DNA of 64,000 nt, taken from NCBI GenBank assembly GCA_009914755.4, contig CP068257.2, positions 18,816,001 to 18,880,000 of the forward strand, read 5' to 3'. This document shows, piece after piece, positions 16,026 to 30,229 of this stretch. Below the pieces are notes generated by a model. The model had not been told where the DNA came from and ran no database searches. It was given only the letters and a program-made list of their open reading frames with translations. This stretch comes from the human T2T-CHM13v2.0 reference genome, Homo sapiens. Made by a program: the position numbers and the translations under genes. How positions within the stretch are numbered: the first letter of the stretch is position 1; the number at the start of each line of letters is the position of its first letter.

Positions 16026-19000
16026 ATACAATATCACTACTTCCTAATTTTTCTTCGTCTTGCCTGAAATGCAAACACAATGACAGAGGAAGAGCAACTG
16101 AAGATATTTCTAAGACATACATTCTCTCCGTTTGAGTCAAGAGTTCTCCATAATGCAGTCATTTATGGCTATGGTTTAGGCTGACATACTACATATGATG
16201 TCTTAACTAAACGCTGGTCAGAAAAGGAAATGTTATGAGTAGAGAAGAAATGATGAGTAATACTAATAAGGCTCAAAGTCTATGATCACATTTCTTTGAT
16301 CTCTGTGAATACTGTTGACAGTTTATTAATTTACAAATGATAAACATTTTATCCATCAAGTAAGACTGCAAATGTTATTGGGAAAAAGTCTCATTTTTAA
16401 AGAGAAAGTATGACAAAATAAAAAAAGAAATTTATGAGAAAATTAAATATTTTATATTTCAATGTAAATGTTAAGTATCACAAAGCGTTAATCTTGCAGG
16501 TGCAAAAAGAAAAGTCATCACAATGTTAATACATTAAAATTTTTTGGACAAATGTAATTTATTAGATTCCAAAAAAATAATTCTTTCATGTATTTAAAAT
16601 TTACTAAGAACTGACAATAACCCATTCACTGTGCTCATTGACTTGGTCCTTGCCTTGAAGGAGTTCAATTTCTTAAAAGAAACACAAAATATATTAGGTA
16701 AGTGTTTTACTAATATTATGGTTTCTCACTGTAAAGCAATTCAGTCTATCTGCATATCAAAAAAATTTCCCCCCAAAATTATACATTAGTATTGGCTTCC
16801 TAAGATGTTAAGAATTCTCAGACATAGAATTATCAGGGGAGAGAGGGTGAGCAAAAGCATTCAGGCAAACGCAATAACATGAACAAGGTTTAGTGACCTG
16901 AAGTTACTCCATGTGTTAAAAACTGATATTGAATATATACAACTCCATAGCTAAAAGTTAGGGGCATGGCCAAAGATGAACTTGGAAAATTATGCCAGTG
17001 CTGGATTGTGGAAGTACTTGAAGATCATGCTGAAGGGTTTAATTAAGTCTTTTACTGCTGGCAGTGGGGAGCATTAGAGACTAAAAATTGCAAGAGACAT
17101 AAATATATCGAAGCTTTTGGAAAGGCACTATAGTAGTCAGTTGCTTATGTGCTCTCAGATCCACTCACTGCCCCAGCCCAGTCCTGCTTGGCATAACATC
17201 TGGAGTGGCACACATTTCCCAGGTTCCCTTGCCTATTTATTGCCTTCTGGGGAGGGTCAACCAATAGGAGGCACAAAAGAAGATTCAGAGATAGAAGGAC
17301 ATTTGAAAGTTGGGTGTTTCTCACACATTTCTCTCTGACAGTCTCTGGCAGAAGCTGCATCTTCTCTACATCTCCAGCTCCCATACAACCACACCATGTT
17401 TCCATTGTCCCAGCTCCCTTCAAGCTGATTTGCTACAATCCCACATGCTCTAGGAACCCCCGAAGTTGTTATCACCACATTTTCCTATGTTTATTCAGTC
17501 CTATGAGTGATAGTAACCTCCTGTATTTGTTGGAATTGAAGTTTCTTCATTTTTGCATTTTCTTCTTATGAAAATTAGGAATTTATTTTCCATATTAAAT
17601 TCTCTCTATTGAATTACATGGCTTGAATTTGGGTACCTAGTTGTACTCTGGCAAGCAGAAAATTAAGACAGCTTTGAAAAAAAATAGAGTTAAAAGTATG
17701 TTTCATCTCTTTATATGCTTTTGAATGAGCAGTGTAATAAGCAACTTCATATATTAAGTTGTCATCATGAGAATGACCTCAAAGTTGAACTGGACCATTA
17801 ACTGGACCAAAGTTGTTTTTATTTTTGTTGTTGTTTTTTTTTAAAAAAAAGAAGAATTTTTCTTTTTTGTTTTGCCAATCTCTCCATTAAAGCCTCTGCA
17901 CAGCTTAACTTATGATTTTAATATTACCTGGTGCTCTTTGAAAATGTCAATACAAACAACCAAAATAGGGCTATCTTATTTTCCTGTTTTCTTCTTTGTA
18001 TGTCTTTCTTTTTCACATCAGTCTTCTTTTTAAAGACATTAAAAATTTAATGGCTCAATGGTTAAAACAGACAAGTACTTCAAGCTTACCTGGCTTCATT
18101 TTCAAGACAAAAATGTTTGTCCCAGTTGCTATGCAGGTGTAACATAAACACATCAAGAGTAACAACATACTGTGTTTAACTTTTAAGTCGTTGTTGTCAC
18201 CACTATATTTATAACGTGAATTTAGTAACTTTACCACAGAGATAGCAGGTGAGGTTGATAGAAAACAGGAAGGAACTGATTTGTCCTAAGTTAGATAATA
18301 CAATTTATTTAAAAATAGCAGTTGTAATCATTTTATTTAACTTTTAACAAATAAAATAGAAGCTCATTCATAAACATTTCAGATATACAAAAGCATTAAT
18401 ATTTAATCTTATCTTTGAAATATCGTATTTGACTTCTCTGGAATTCAGTATTTTTTAGATAAATTGGGAGATGAACCTTATACTTAGAAATACTTTAAAG
18501 GTCTTTAGAAATAAAAATGGTTCTGTTCTTAGTCAATAACATATCTCCCTTTATATTATATAAATGAAGAAGTTTCAATGTAAGACCAATGTAAAGTTTG
18601 CTTGGATAGATAGGTGGGTAAATAAGTACATTTATCTTCATTAAACTTTCTCTAATTGTTTAAGGTAAAAGTATATTTTTAAAAGCATTCTAACAATTTA
18701 TTTTATTTCTAAAACAATACTAATCCTGGAGCACATAATAGAACATTGTAAATTTTAATAAGATGTCCTTCAGATTTCTGAGTTTGTCAGTTAAGTTGAA
18801 GACTCCCTTTGAAAAAAATACTTAAATGTTCCAAATATTCCCAAACATTTCCTCAATGCATGTCATCAAAAATAGCTACAATGTTTGGTTGGATAGTGTC
18901 TCAAGCCCATGACTTCTCATTGAAACTCTGATGGTTATACGTGATTATGGTAGTGTTGACTCACCCTCAGAGCTACTTACATTTTAAGTTTTACCTTTTT

Positions 19001-20966
19001 CAATAATAATAATGAAATAATGTTGATATATAATCACCATGTTCCACGTTTCATGGTTTAGCAAAATACATGGACAGAGAAAAAGTAAAGTTTGGCCAAT
19101 ATAACTTGGCTATAAAAGTCAGGCAGAGGTTCCTGTTTTCAGTAATCTAAGTAAATGGTCCACCAATAAAATACAAAAACTGAACTGACATACTTTAAAT
19201 CACTACAATACTCAATAAACATAAAGACTCACTATAAATTGTTATGCACACATTTGTATTTGCATCTATTGTTTTCACACAAGTGGGTGTGTGCAATTTA
19301 CAGAACGTTTCGTTTCCCTTTCCAAATGAGTTTACTCTCTTTGCATTTTAAATGGAAAATACAAGCAGACTGAGTTCTTTTACCTTCCATGTAGACTATA
19401 AAGACATGCTGTTTCCTTTATTCCATCTACAGTAGTCCGTCCTGTTTTCAAACACTTTTTAACAAAAAGAAGTATCAGCATTAATTCATTCATTATTTCC
19501 AATATTAGTAATATTCATAGATTATTTCGATGATATAATCAAGTTGCCCTGGAATCTCCTCTCCTCAACTGATTGTGGAGTGACAGCCATATTTTTAACC
19601 ACAAAATATTTCAAATCATGGATTATTTTGTTTAAATATAAGAATTTTTCTAGGGGTCACTAGAGGAATCTGAGTAGCCTGATAAAGGTATATACCAAAA
19701 CAAGCAGCTGTTTGCACTCTGTAATTAATGAAGTATCATAATCTATTACTCACCAAGAACATTAGACCATGGATAATTTGCTCACTGCTCTATGCCTTGC
19801 AATATATAGTGCCTAATATAACATAGATGCTCAAGCACTGTTTTTGAGTTGATGTGTAAGATACTTCTCCCAATTTGTCTAATAGTAGAATTTATGAATG
19901 ACCAGGGTCAACATAGGTGGAGTCATAGAACCATAACTCCAATCCATGTGTGCTTACATATAATAAGATCTCAGTTACTTTTTCTTGAATGATCAGGAGA
20001 TTAAACATAAACATGGCAAGTTTATGGGCAAGTAACCCCAAATTACTTAGAAGGAGGAAAAATTCTCAAAGCTACTTAGTGAATTATTTGAAAACAAATA
20101 AGTGTTCAGAGAAGAATGTTTTTTAAAATTCATAGTCCAGTGTTCTTCGTTTATGTAACAGAAAGGCAATGTTCTCTTACTCTTCCAAACCATAGCATTA
20201 GAAAATCAAGTCTCATATAGTCACAATTTTTAAAAAATATGAGAGCTAAGATGAAACTTATCTCAAAAAAATTTTCTCAGTAAAGACAGGAACTTGCAAT
20301 ATTGTGGTACTTTTCTGTCACAAACATGTCTGGTCTTCAGCACAGTCAATCCTCATTATAAGCAAATACATATTTGCAAATATGTCTACTCACTAAAATT
20401 TATTTGTAACCCTAAAATCAATAGTCACAGCGTGTTGCGGTCATTTGCAGATATGCATGAAATAGTGAAAAGTTTGATTCATTTGTCACTCTCCTCCCCA
20501 GCTGAGGTACAACAAGGCAATATTCTAGCTTCTTGTTTCATAACTCATAATGTAAATGTGCCTTTTTGTGAGATATTTGGTGCTACAGTTTTCACTTCTT
20601 TGGGGGGTGATTCCAGCTGTTTCAAAAGACCCCTAAACAACATTGGAGTGCTATGAAGTTTTTCTACGGGCAGGAAGACGGTGATGTGCCTTACAGAGAA
20701 ATTATGTGTTTAGTTAGGCTTCATTCAAGCATGAGTTAAGGTATTGGCTGTGAGTTCAATGTTAATTAATCAACAATATATATTAAGTAAGTTAACTTTA
20801 CAAAGAAATTTGTAAAAGAGGTTACGTACTGATCAGTTGATGAAATGTGACCAGAGGCTCCCAGGACCCCAAACTTGTATTTTCCTTGGGAACAATGATT
20901 CAGTATTCACTAATTCAGTGTTCATGGTGACTTTATAGAGCATAACAACCACAAACAATAAGATAT

Positions 20967-21246
20967 GGCCGGACGTGGTGGCTCACGCCTGTAATCCCAG
21001 CACTTTGGGAGGCCGAGGTCAGGAGATCGAGACCATCCTGGCTAACACGGTGAAACCCCATCTTTACTAAAAATAGAAAAAATCAGCTAGGCGTGGTGGC
21101 GGGCACCTGTAGTCCCAGCTACTCAGGAGGCTGAGGCAGAGGAATGGTGTGAACCTGGGAGTCAGAGCTTGCAGTGAGTCGAGCACGCCACTGCACTCCA
21201 GCCTGGGCTACAGAGCGAGACTCCATCTCAAAAAAAAAAAAAAAAA
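20967..21246 (+). mobile_element. Alu (S/Y-like), plus orientation
   Basis: It runs 'ggccggacgtggtggctcacgcctgtaatcccagcactttgggaggccgaggtcaggagatcgagaccatcctggctaacacggtgaaacccc...' through 'gcctgggctacagagcgagactccatctc' and ends in an A17 tail. Confidence 0.95.
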
Positions 21247-21425
21247 GTGACTGTATATCTCTTTACTTCATCTTGTGACGTGTTTGGAATAACTGAGATC
21301 TCACCTCACCTACACACACTCACACACAAATATAAATGCATTCGCATATACTTACTGCAAGAATATGAATTTATTCTGTATTTTTACCTCAACTGTGTAT
21401 ATATTCACTATAAGAGGATTAATTG

Positions 21426-21720
21426 TCTGGCACAGTGGCTCATGTATGTAATCCTAGCACTTGAGGAGGCCAAGGCAAGAGAATGGCTTGAAGCCAGGAG
21501 TTCAAGACCAGCTTAAGCAACAATGTTGTGTTTTTTAATTAGCCAGGTGTGGTGATACATACCTGTAGTACTAACTACTCAGCAGGCTGAAGTGGGAGGA
21601 TCACTTGAGCCCAGGACTTCAAGGCTGCAGAGAGCTATGATCATGCCACTGCTCTCTAACCTGGGCAACAGAGACAGAGGGAAATCATGTCTCCAAAAAG
21701 AAAGAAGAAGAACAAGAAGA
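21426..21720 (+). mobile_element. Alu (older, AluJ-like, diverged), plus orientation
   Basis: It reads 'gtctggcacagtggctcatgtatgtaatcctagcacttgaggaggccaaggcaagagaatggcttgaagccaggagttcaagaccagc...gtgatacatacctgtagtactaactactcagcaggctgaagtgggaggatcacttgagcccagga...' and ends in an A-rich tail. Confidence 0.9.
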
Positions 21721-21943
21721 TTAATAGCTACATAATTATTTCCTCTGGTAAAATTATTATCTTTGTCATAGCTATGCTACAGCATTTTAGGTACCACATG
21801 TAATCAATTCCAAATTACTAATGCTAGAGAGAAAAGGTAGACTATAGTGAATTGTTCCATCATTCTTACTGTAGAGAGCTATTGAGGCTTCCAATGAAAT
21901 GACTATGAGATCTTAGAGCAGCTAATAACATAAAAAAGGGGTA

Positions 21944-24280
21944 CAAGTATACCTTGTTTTATTGTGCTTTTCAGATGTTCCTTTTTTTGTTTTTTACAAA
22001 TTGAAGATTTGAGGCAACATCTGTCCAACAAGTATATCAGCACCATTTTTCCAACAGTATGTGCTCACTTCATAACCCTGTGTCACGTTTTTGTAATTCT
22101 TACAATATTTCAATCTTTATTATTATTATTATATGTAATTTTTGAAGTTACTATTGTAATCGTTTTGGAGCACAACAAACTACACCCATATAAGATGGCA
22201 AACTTAATCAATAAATATGTATGTTCTCACTGCTCCAGCTGCTGTTCATCTTCCAGTCTGTCTCTCTCTCTGTGGGCTTCTCTATTCCCCAAAACATAAA
22301 AATATTGAATTTAGACAAATTAACAATCCTACAATAGCTTCTAAATTTTCAAGTGAAAGGAAGAGTTGTGCCTATCTCACATTAAGTCAAACACTAGAAA
22401 TAATTAAGCTTAGTGAGAAAGGTGTGTCAAAAGCAGAGACAAACTGAAAGCTAGGCCTCCTGTGTTAAAGAGTTGGTCAAGTTGTGAATGTAAATAAAAA
22501 ATTATTGAAGAAAATTAAAAGCGCTATTCCAGCGATCACATGAATGATAAGAAGGTGAAATGGCCTTATTATTGATATGGAGAAAGTTTGAGTGGTCTAG
22601 ATGGAAGATCAAACTAGCCACAACATTCCCTTAAGCCAAAGCCTATCCAGATCAAGGCCTTACCTCTTTTCAATTCTATGACGGTAGGCTGCGAGAGGTG
22701 AGGAAGCTGAAGAAGAAAAGGTGGAAGGTAGCAGAGGTTGGTCCATGAAATGTAAGGAAAGAAGCCATCTCTGTAACATAAAAGTGTGGCAACAAGTGCT
22801 GATGTAGAAGGTACAGCAAGTTTTTCAGAAGATCTGGCTGAGATAATTGATGAAGAAAGCTCACTAAACAATAGATTTTCAGTGTAGCCAAAGCATCCTT
22901 CTATTGGAAGAAGTGCAACCTAGGACTTTCATAGCCAGAGAAGAGAAGTCAATGCCTGGCTTCAAATCTTCAAAGGATAGGCTGACTCTCTTGATAAGAC
23001 TAATGCAGATGACAAATGTAAGTTGAAGTCAATCTTCATTTACTATCTGAAAATAATAGAGCCCTTACAAATTATGCTAAATCTACTTTGCCTTTGCTCT
23101 AGAAATGAAAGAACAAAGTCTGGAGAACAGCACATCTGGTCACAGAATGGCTTACTGAATAATTTAAGTCCACTGTTGAGACCTACAGCTCAGAAAAAAA
23201 AAGTTTCAAAATATTCCTTCTCTTTAGCAATGCCTCTGGTCACCCAAGAGCTCTGATGAAGAAGCACAAAAGATTAATGTTGTTATACCTGCAAAAACAA
23301 TGTCCATATTGCATATTATGGATCAAGGAGTAATTACAACTTTCAAGTTTTATTATTTAAGAAATACATTTTGTAAGACTTTAGCTAGCATAGGTAATCA
23401 TTTCTTAGATAGACATGAGCAAAGTAAATTGAAACCTGAAAAGGACTCATCATTCTAAATGTCATTAAGGACATTTGTGTTTCACAGTAGAAGGTCAAAA
23501 TACCTACTTTAACAGAAGTCTGAAAACAGTTGATTACAACCCTCAAGGAAGACTTGAGGGGTTCAAGACTTCGACAGAGGAAGAAGTAATTGCAGATGTG
23601 GTGGAAATAGCAAGATAAATAGAATAAGAAGTGGAGCCTTAAGATGTGACTTAATTGCCACAATTTCATGATTAAACTGGAATGCACAAGGAGTTGGTTT
23701 ATATGGATGAGCAAAGAAAGTGGTTTCTTGAGATGGAATCTACTCCTGCTGAAGAGGCTGTGAACATAGCCAAAATGACAGCAAAGGGTTTAGAATATGG
23801 CTTAATTGATATTGCAGTGGCAGGTTTTGAGAGGACGGACTCTGATTTTAAAAGAGATTCTATTGTGAGTAAAATGCTATCAAATATTGTGGCATGCTAC
23901 AGAGAAATCTTGCATGAAGGGAACAATCGATGTTCCAAACTTCATTGTCTTATTCTCAGACACCGTCTCAGCCACCCTAAACTTCACCAACAACCATCCT
24001 GACCATTCAGCTGCCATCAACATCGAGGCATCATCCTCCATAAGCATACAGACTGTGACTGGCTGAAGGCTCAGATAATTGTTAGCATTTTTAACAATTA
24101 AGGATTGTACATTTTTTTAGACACAATGCTATTACACCCTTAATAGAGTACAGTATAGTGTAAATATAGCTTTTATATGCACTGGAAAACCAAAAAAATT
24201 GTGTGACTTGCTTTATCGCGATATTTGCTTTATTACGTTGATCTAGAACCAAACTGGCAATATCTCCAAGGTATGTCTAT
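21944..24280 (+). mobile_element. Tigger1 (pogo/Tc1-mariner superfamily DNA transposon), near full-length (~2.3 kb), flanked by TA
   Basis: The 5' end is 'caagtataccttgttttattgtgcttt...tttacaaattgaagatttgaggcaacatctgtccaacaagtatatcagcaccatttttccaacagtatgtgctcacttcat'. Internal transposase-region strings include 'agtgaaaggaagagttgtgcctatctcacattaagtcaaacactagaaataattaagcttagtgagaaaggtgtgtcaaaagcagagac', 'cattcccttaagccaaagcctatccagatcaaggcc' and 'ggatgagcaaagaaagtggtttcttgagatggaatctactcctgctgaag'. The 3' end is 'gtgtgacttgctttatcgcgatatttgctttattacgttgatctagaaccaaactggcaatatctccaaggtatgtcta'. ORFs 21964-22299, 23385-23714 and 23682-24002 are transposase remnants. Confidence 0.9.
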
Positions 24281-25370
24281 AATTTCCAACCATATAATTT
24301 AATCCTGTTATTTACCAGTGAAGCAGGATTATGAATCATTGTGGTTCATCAAGAAAAATGGCCTTCCAAATTCAGCATTTGTATTATGCAAATAAATGTT
24401 CTATAGATTTACTTTTTTTTTATTTTGGAGTTTGCTGCATGGTTTCATATTTGTACATGATGCTCTTTAAACCAAACTGATAAAAACAGCATATTAAGTA
24501 ATACATTTTTGTTAGAACTTTCACTATTTGTATATATATTTTGAATATTTTTACTTAATATTATTTAATATAGAGAATAGTGTCCTCTAAATATAGCCTT
24601 GGAGACAAGAGTTCTGCCATTTTAGATTTAATTCATATGAACACCTTAACATTCCTAAATTCCATATTCTGTTACTAATTGCTACTTAGCATTCAATTTT
24701 CAATATCTTTGAATTTAAGCTCATAAGGCCCTTTGAAAATCTCCTGAAAGTAATTGTTTTGATGTAATGATGTCAGCTCATTACCTAATTCATCAAAGTG
24801 ACACTACATTTAATAGACTACCAAAGTATTAATGCCCTATTTCATGTAGAGATAAAAATCCAGAAAACGATCTAGTTAGAAAATCCAGTTAGAAAAAATT
24901 TGTAACTTGAAGCTTCTTGTTATGAAGTTTCCATGTCTATCTGTCATTTTCCACTGGCAATTCATAGTAAATGAAATTGAACAACGGCAGACAAAATTAT
25001 TTTTAAAGCTACACTAGTCCACTATATGTAATTAAATATGACCAACAAAAATTACATATTCCATTAATTATTTACATTGTATTTGCCTTTTGTTCAAGAA
25101 TTGCTAACCATATCAAAATTTTTCTGCTCACTTTTATTATTAGTTTTAAAATATAGAATGAATACCAATATCCCTAACTCCTGTATCTGTACCAAAACAT
25201 TTTTGGACAAGGTCATTGGTTGGTTAACTATTTTTCTTTCATCTCCAAATATGTAGAACTTTTTTTCTGAGTAATATTTGAGGAACAGAACTACAAATTC
25301 CACTAAGAACATGCTTTTCATATAAATTATTCTGATGAATCCAACAACTGCTCTCTATCTGCCCTGTGAC

Positions 25371-25418
25371 CACCTGGCTGCAGCCATCCTCATCTCCTGG
25401 CTGTAGCCATCCTCATCT
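25371..25418. repeat. Tandem duplication, 2 x ~24 bp ('ctggctgcagccatcctcatctcc' / 'tggctgtagccatcctcatctcc')
   Basis: Direct reading. Confidence 0.85.
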
Positions 25419-26049
25419 CCCCTCTGGAAAACTGCAAAATCCTTTTTTTAATCTGAGGTTCTACTTTAGTCCATTATCAACCATTGGTAGCTTAAAGACA
25501 AGTACTGTCCAGACAAAATACATTAAAACAGCTCGCACCCTTGCTTGGACATTTCAATGGTTTCTTTTTGTCCTTAGATGAAATTCCAAACCACTTTTTT
25601 AGAACATACTTCATGAGTCATCACCTGTTACAACTCAAGCATCAGTTTGTAGCATCCCCTCATTTTATTATTTTCTTATTAGAGTCCAGAAATACTTATA
25701 TTGTTGTTAATTTAACTCAAGCACATTCAAGCCCCGGGTGTTTGAACACTTTCTTTTCTTGGCATGCTGTTCTCTCTATCTTACTCCTAACATTTGATCA
25801 TCTCCTCACAGAGGCATTGCTGCAGCCTCTATACAGTACAGAACTATGACATCCCCAGTCACTCTCAGCTCACACTGCCTAACTTCCTTAGAAACAGGGC
25901 ATAAAGGCGCCATGAGGTCAGTCAGGAGTCCTGTTTTTGTCTTGTTTTGTTTTTCCTCTTGAAATATTCCAGGAAGGCCACTTATGAGAAATCCACGTTA
26001 AATGAACACTTCCACATACTATCTGTATTAGTGAAGACAACATTAGATT

Positions 26050-26215
26050 CTGTAAAAAAGAACCCCCCAAATTTCAATGGCTTGAGGGTTTATGATTTCT
26101 GTGACTGGCTAATTTCACTTAGCTTAATATTCTCAAGGTTCTTCCAGTGGTTACATACAGCAGATTTTCTTCTTTTTAAAAACTGAATAGTATTCTGTTT
26201 TATGTGCATATTGCA
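26050..26215 (-). mobile_element. Short L1 3'-end fragment (old L1M-type), antisense
   Basis: 'gtgactggctaatttcacttagcttaatattctcaaggttcttccagtggttacatacagcagattttcttctttttaaaaactgaatagtattctgttttatgtgcat' resembles the antisense L1 3'UTR motif '...tgactggcttatttcacttagcataatgtcctcaaggttcatccatgttgt...aaggctgaataatattccattgtatg'. Confidence 0.5.
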
Positions 26216-27139
26216 TTTTCTTTACCCGCTCTCACAGCACCGTGCACTTAAAAATGTAAGAGAGTAGGTCTCATGTTGTTTTCTTAGCACAATTTTAAAA
26301 ACAAAATTTTATTCCTCACTCACCTAATTATGCAGTGTTTGTAATCAATAGGTTGATGTCTTTTTCACATTGACTGTTCTTTCATTGGGTAGCTTAGCCA
26401 TTAGGTGATTCTGCTGCCCAATGGAAACAAGAATCTCTGTAGAAACAGACTGTTTTTAGCACAAACTCTCTCACCTTAGGTTTTTTTATTTTTTGGTTTA
26501 GCTTAATTAAGCATAATACGGATTTTATTTTTTAAACAATGATATCTTAAAAATCTTTGTCTAGCAAAAGTCTTCTCAGCTCTATCCCTCTCCGTTTTTG
26601 TTACAATAACAAAAGATTTCATGCTTATATAATCTCACAGAGATAAAAAATATTAATTCATTGCAGTAAGTTTCTCAGTGGTCTGTCTTTTCTTCAGGGA
26701 TTTTATCCAACAAAGGAAACAATATTTTGAGATTTATCATATGCCAAAATCAGTAGAGTTCAATGGTCAAAAAAAAGTACAGACAATTTTAGAAACCACA
26801 ACAGAATGTGTCTCTATTTTACACATTCCACTGTTCAAAGGGCCTTTACATTCATAGTATATGTTGTGAAATAAACATATAATGCCAATCATTGTTCTAA
26901 TAATTGGAAGAATATCAGGTGCATAGTAGGTACTTATACTTGTGAGGTCTTATGCCAATAGCATAAGGTACCACTGAGGAGCCCACTCCGAACTTTACAT
27001 TAGACAAGATCTGTCAATCAGGTAATAATAAATTTTGCTGATAATTGCTCGACATTAGAATAAAAACAGAAATTAAAGTAAAAGTAAACAATTATAAAGG
27101 AAGACAGTATCCTTGTCCTTTTCGCACCAGATATCTGTA

Positions 27140-27228
27140 TGTTTCTACTGTGGAAGGAGGTACATCAAACATTTTAAGCATGTACATTAAACATTTCTAC
27201 AGTGGAAGGAGGTACATCAAACATTTAA
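27140..27228. repeat. Tandem duplication, 2 x ~45 bp ('tctactgtggaaggaggtacatcaaacattt...')
   Basis: Direct reading: 'ttctactgtggaaggaggtacatcaaacattttaagcatgtacattaaacatttctacagtggaaggaggtacatcaaacattt'. Confidence 0.85.
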
Positions 27229-27413
27229 CTCCATTCCTTCTGCTTCTGTGCTAATCTAACTTGTGATTTAATTCAGTTTTTCATACAAATGACAATAGTC
27301 ATGATTGGTGGCCCTGATAGCCACCAGTCATCAGAGCTACTGAAGTTCTCATTATGGAAAATATTTTTTTAATTTATTAATTACATATATTGTTGCTTTA
27401 GGTATATTTTGTT

Positions 27414-27422
27414 CTCTCTCTC

Positions 27423-27449
<27 letters not shown>
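27414..27449. repeat. (TC)5(GT)13 compound microsatellite
   Basis: Direct reading: 'ctctctctctgtgtgtgtgtgtgtgtgtgtgtgt'. Confidence 0.95.
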
Positions 27450-27453
<4 letters not shown>

Positions 27454-30194
27454 AGCACTCAATAGCTGCTCATCTCAGGAATAGTGAAAAAATTGAGATT
27501 CTGAACCTATAAAATACATGATTGTACCATGTTGATGTTTCTCTTCTCTTTTTGTCTACAAACCAACACCTGTGTTCTTTGGGAAACATCAGGTCTTGCT
27601 CTTTTTTATTTTGTAAAGCTTTAGATGAAGGAAATAATAATACTCTTGTTTTCATAAGAAAAAAAGACTATAGTTCAATACCAGGATTTTAAAGGCGGTC
27701 TTATCACATGGTTTCTTCTGTGTAATGGATAAGGCAAGATGATCTACTAAGAGTGAATAGGTTTAAATATTTATGGATAATAGATTCTATTTGAGTAATT
27801 GCTGTAAAAAAGGTGAAAAGTAATTTCCAGGAAGTAGAGCAAAACAAGGTGAAAACAGAAAGAATTTGACAGCAGGTTTTAGGAACTATTACACTTGGTG
27901 ACAATAGGAGCACGGTAATTCATTCTTTTAAAAAAAAAAAATTCTCATAGCATGCTTCTTCTTCAGAAAAACTCAGAGATGGCTGATGATTAGGCACAGA
28001 GTGAGGTTGTTTTGTAAAAGACCAATCTGAGGGCAGTGAATTATGGAGTCAAAAAATGCCAGCAAAATGATAAATGAAGAGAAATACAAGAAGGTAAGGT
28101 CTATAGGAACCATTCTATTACCATCACCTCACACAGTATGTGATATGTTTTCGGTACCTAATTAATGAAACCTTAAGCTATATAAAGTTATAATCCAATA
28201 TTTCCATGTTTAGAAATTTATACCATAAAAATGCTTACACAATTATACAAATATGTGACTACAGAGATATAAGTAAAAACATTATTTGTAACAATAAAAT
28301 GCCAAAAATAAATATACACCATAATGTGGAATATTATTAAGTAGACATTAAAGTGAATATGAATCTACAGGTTAAAGAAAATTATGATCTTTCCTAAACC
28401 ATCATGAAGACTAGTTTATGCAATTATACAAAAGAATAAGACAAAAGAAATGGCTGGATATGGAATTGGTTATTTTCATGCCTACCTCTGAAAATGTTTG
28501 AAAACAGTAAACTTATTTTCTTCACTTTTCACGACCTAGAAAGTGGTGAAAATTTTTATAATAAAGGAAAATTTTTTCATTTTGTTATTAAAAATATTTC
28601 ACTGCCAACCTCAGTAAGAGTATATGAATAGAAAAAGGAAAACAGCATTTTAAATTTAATGAAATAGGAAAAAATAGTACATAATTATTTCTTTAGCTCC
28701 TTTTAAATAACTCTACTCTAAATGAATTCTTTGAGTAGTGTGGAAAAGGTAAAATCAATTCTTAAACTTTGTAATTTATATATCCTTTTGAAAACCTTTT
28801 TGAATGGTTCTGCTCAAGTGTGTTTCATTGGCAATGAAAATTATATGATTATATATAGATACCCTTGAATTCAGTAAGCAGGGTTTGTAACAAATCAGAA
28901 AATTGTATTTTAATTTGCAGTTTCTTCTTGATCTACTACTAATGAAAGTTTCACTGAATTATCTGCTTAAAGGTCAAAATGCTAATTAAGAGTTTCTCAT
29001 CAGTGATAATTCAGATATGTGGAAAAATGATGACATTAGGTCTTTGTCTTCTTGAGTTAACTTATTTTGTACTCGGTCTTCTCAAAATTCTGATAAAAAT
29101 GAAGACAGTTTATAATTAATACTTTCTGTTTCATAATACTTTCTGTTTCATTCAATAGACATTCCCCTTTAAAGGAACACATAAGGAGTTTCCCCCTTTT
29201 CTAATGTAACTTTATAATATACACCTTAATAAGCTAAATCTTGCAGACCACTTTTTAAACTACAAATATAATGCTATACTTTAGGTAGCATCTATAACAG
29301 TTACTCTTTCAAAAATATATGTTAAATTTTTAGAATTATTGATCTACCAATTTGACATTTCTACATCTAGGGAGAATAAATCATTTCATGTTTACTATTC
29401 TATCATATGTGATATATCATTTCAAAGTTCACAACATATACTAGTCTGTGTGTTAGATAGTTCATGGGACATGGATATCCATCCAAGCAAGTAACTATCC
29501 CTCTATATACAAATATAGCTATGGCTTACAAAACGAGGATACATTTTAAAAGGCCAGGTCATCTGATTTAAGCCATAAACATGTAAGTATACTTACCAAC
29601 AGTAAAGACTGTGTGTGCGCATGTGTGGTGTGCCTGATTGCTTGTGTGTGTAATCAAATTTATATTGTCTTACAATAACACTATACCTAAAAATACTTAT
29701 ACCACGACATGATCATGGTGGTAAAGTGATGGCATATTCCAAAGGCGTACTTTTAAAAGGTCTAACAGAGAAACAGTTGCAAAGGCTTTGACAAAGACTT
29801 AATGACTATCAATAAAGTATAGTGAATATCGTTGCCAATTGTAACCCTGAAAAATAGTACCCCAGTAAGAGTTATAATAGTGGAAGAAGGCTGCCCAATA
29901 GGGACTGTGTCTTTGGGACTGAAACAGCCCCTGCCAAAACCACAGCCTGAAGAAGAATGGCCAAAATGCTTCATGATTTCTTATCTTCTGATCTCTAATC
30001 ATCTGTTGTTAAACCCACTGGGCAAAGACAATTAAAATCCAGAGGGTAAGGAAATCCTTGATGCAGTCCATAGAGGTCAGTAGTAGAGAGGGGAAAGAAT
30101 GGAACTGGAGAGGAAAATGGAAAACATCTCTATTGTATTTACAGCATGTATTATGCTCATGGATTAGAAGAATCAACAAATAAAGGTGTCAGGG

Positions 30195-30229
30195 TTTTTT
30201 TTTTTTTTTTTTTTTTTTTGATGTACATA
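30195..30229. repeat. Pure mononucleotide run T35, not attached to an Alu
   Basis: Direct reading: 'aggg' + 35 x T + 'gatgtacatat'. Confidence 0.95.
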
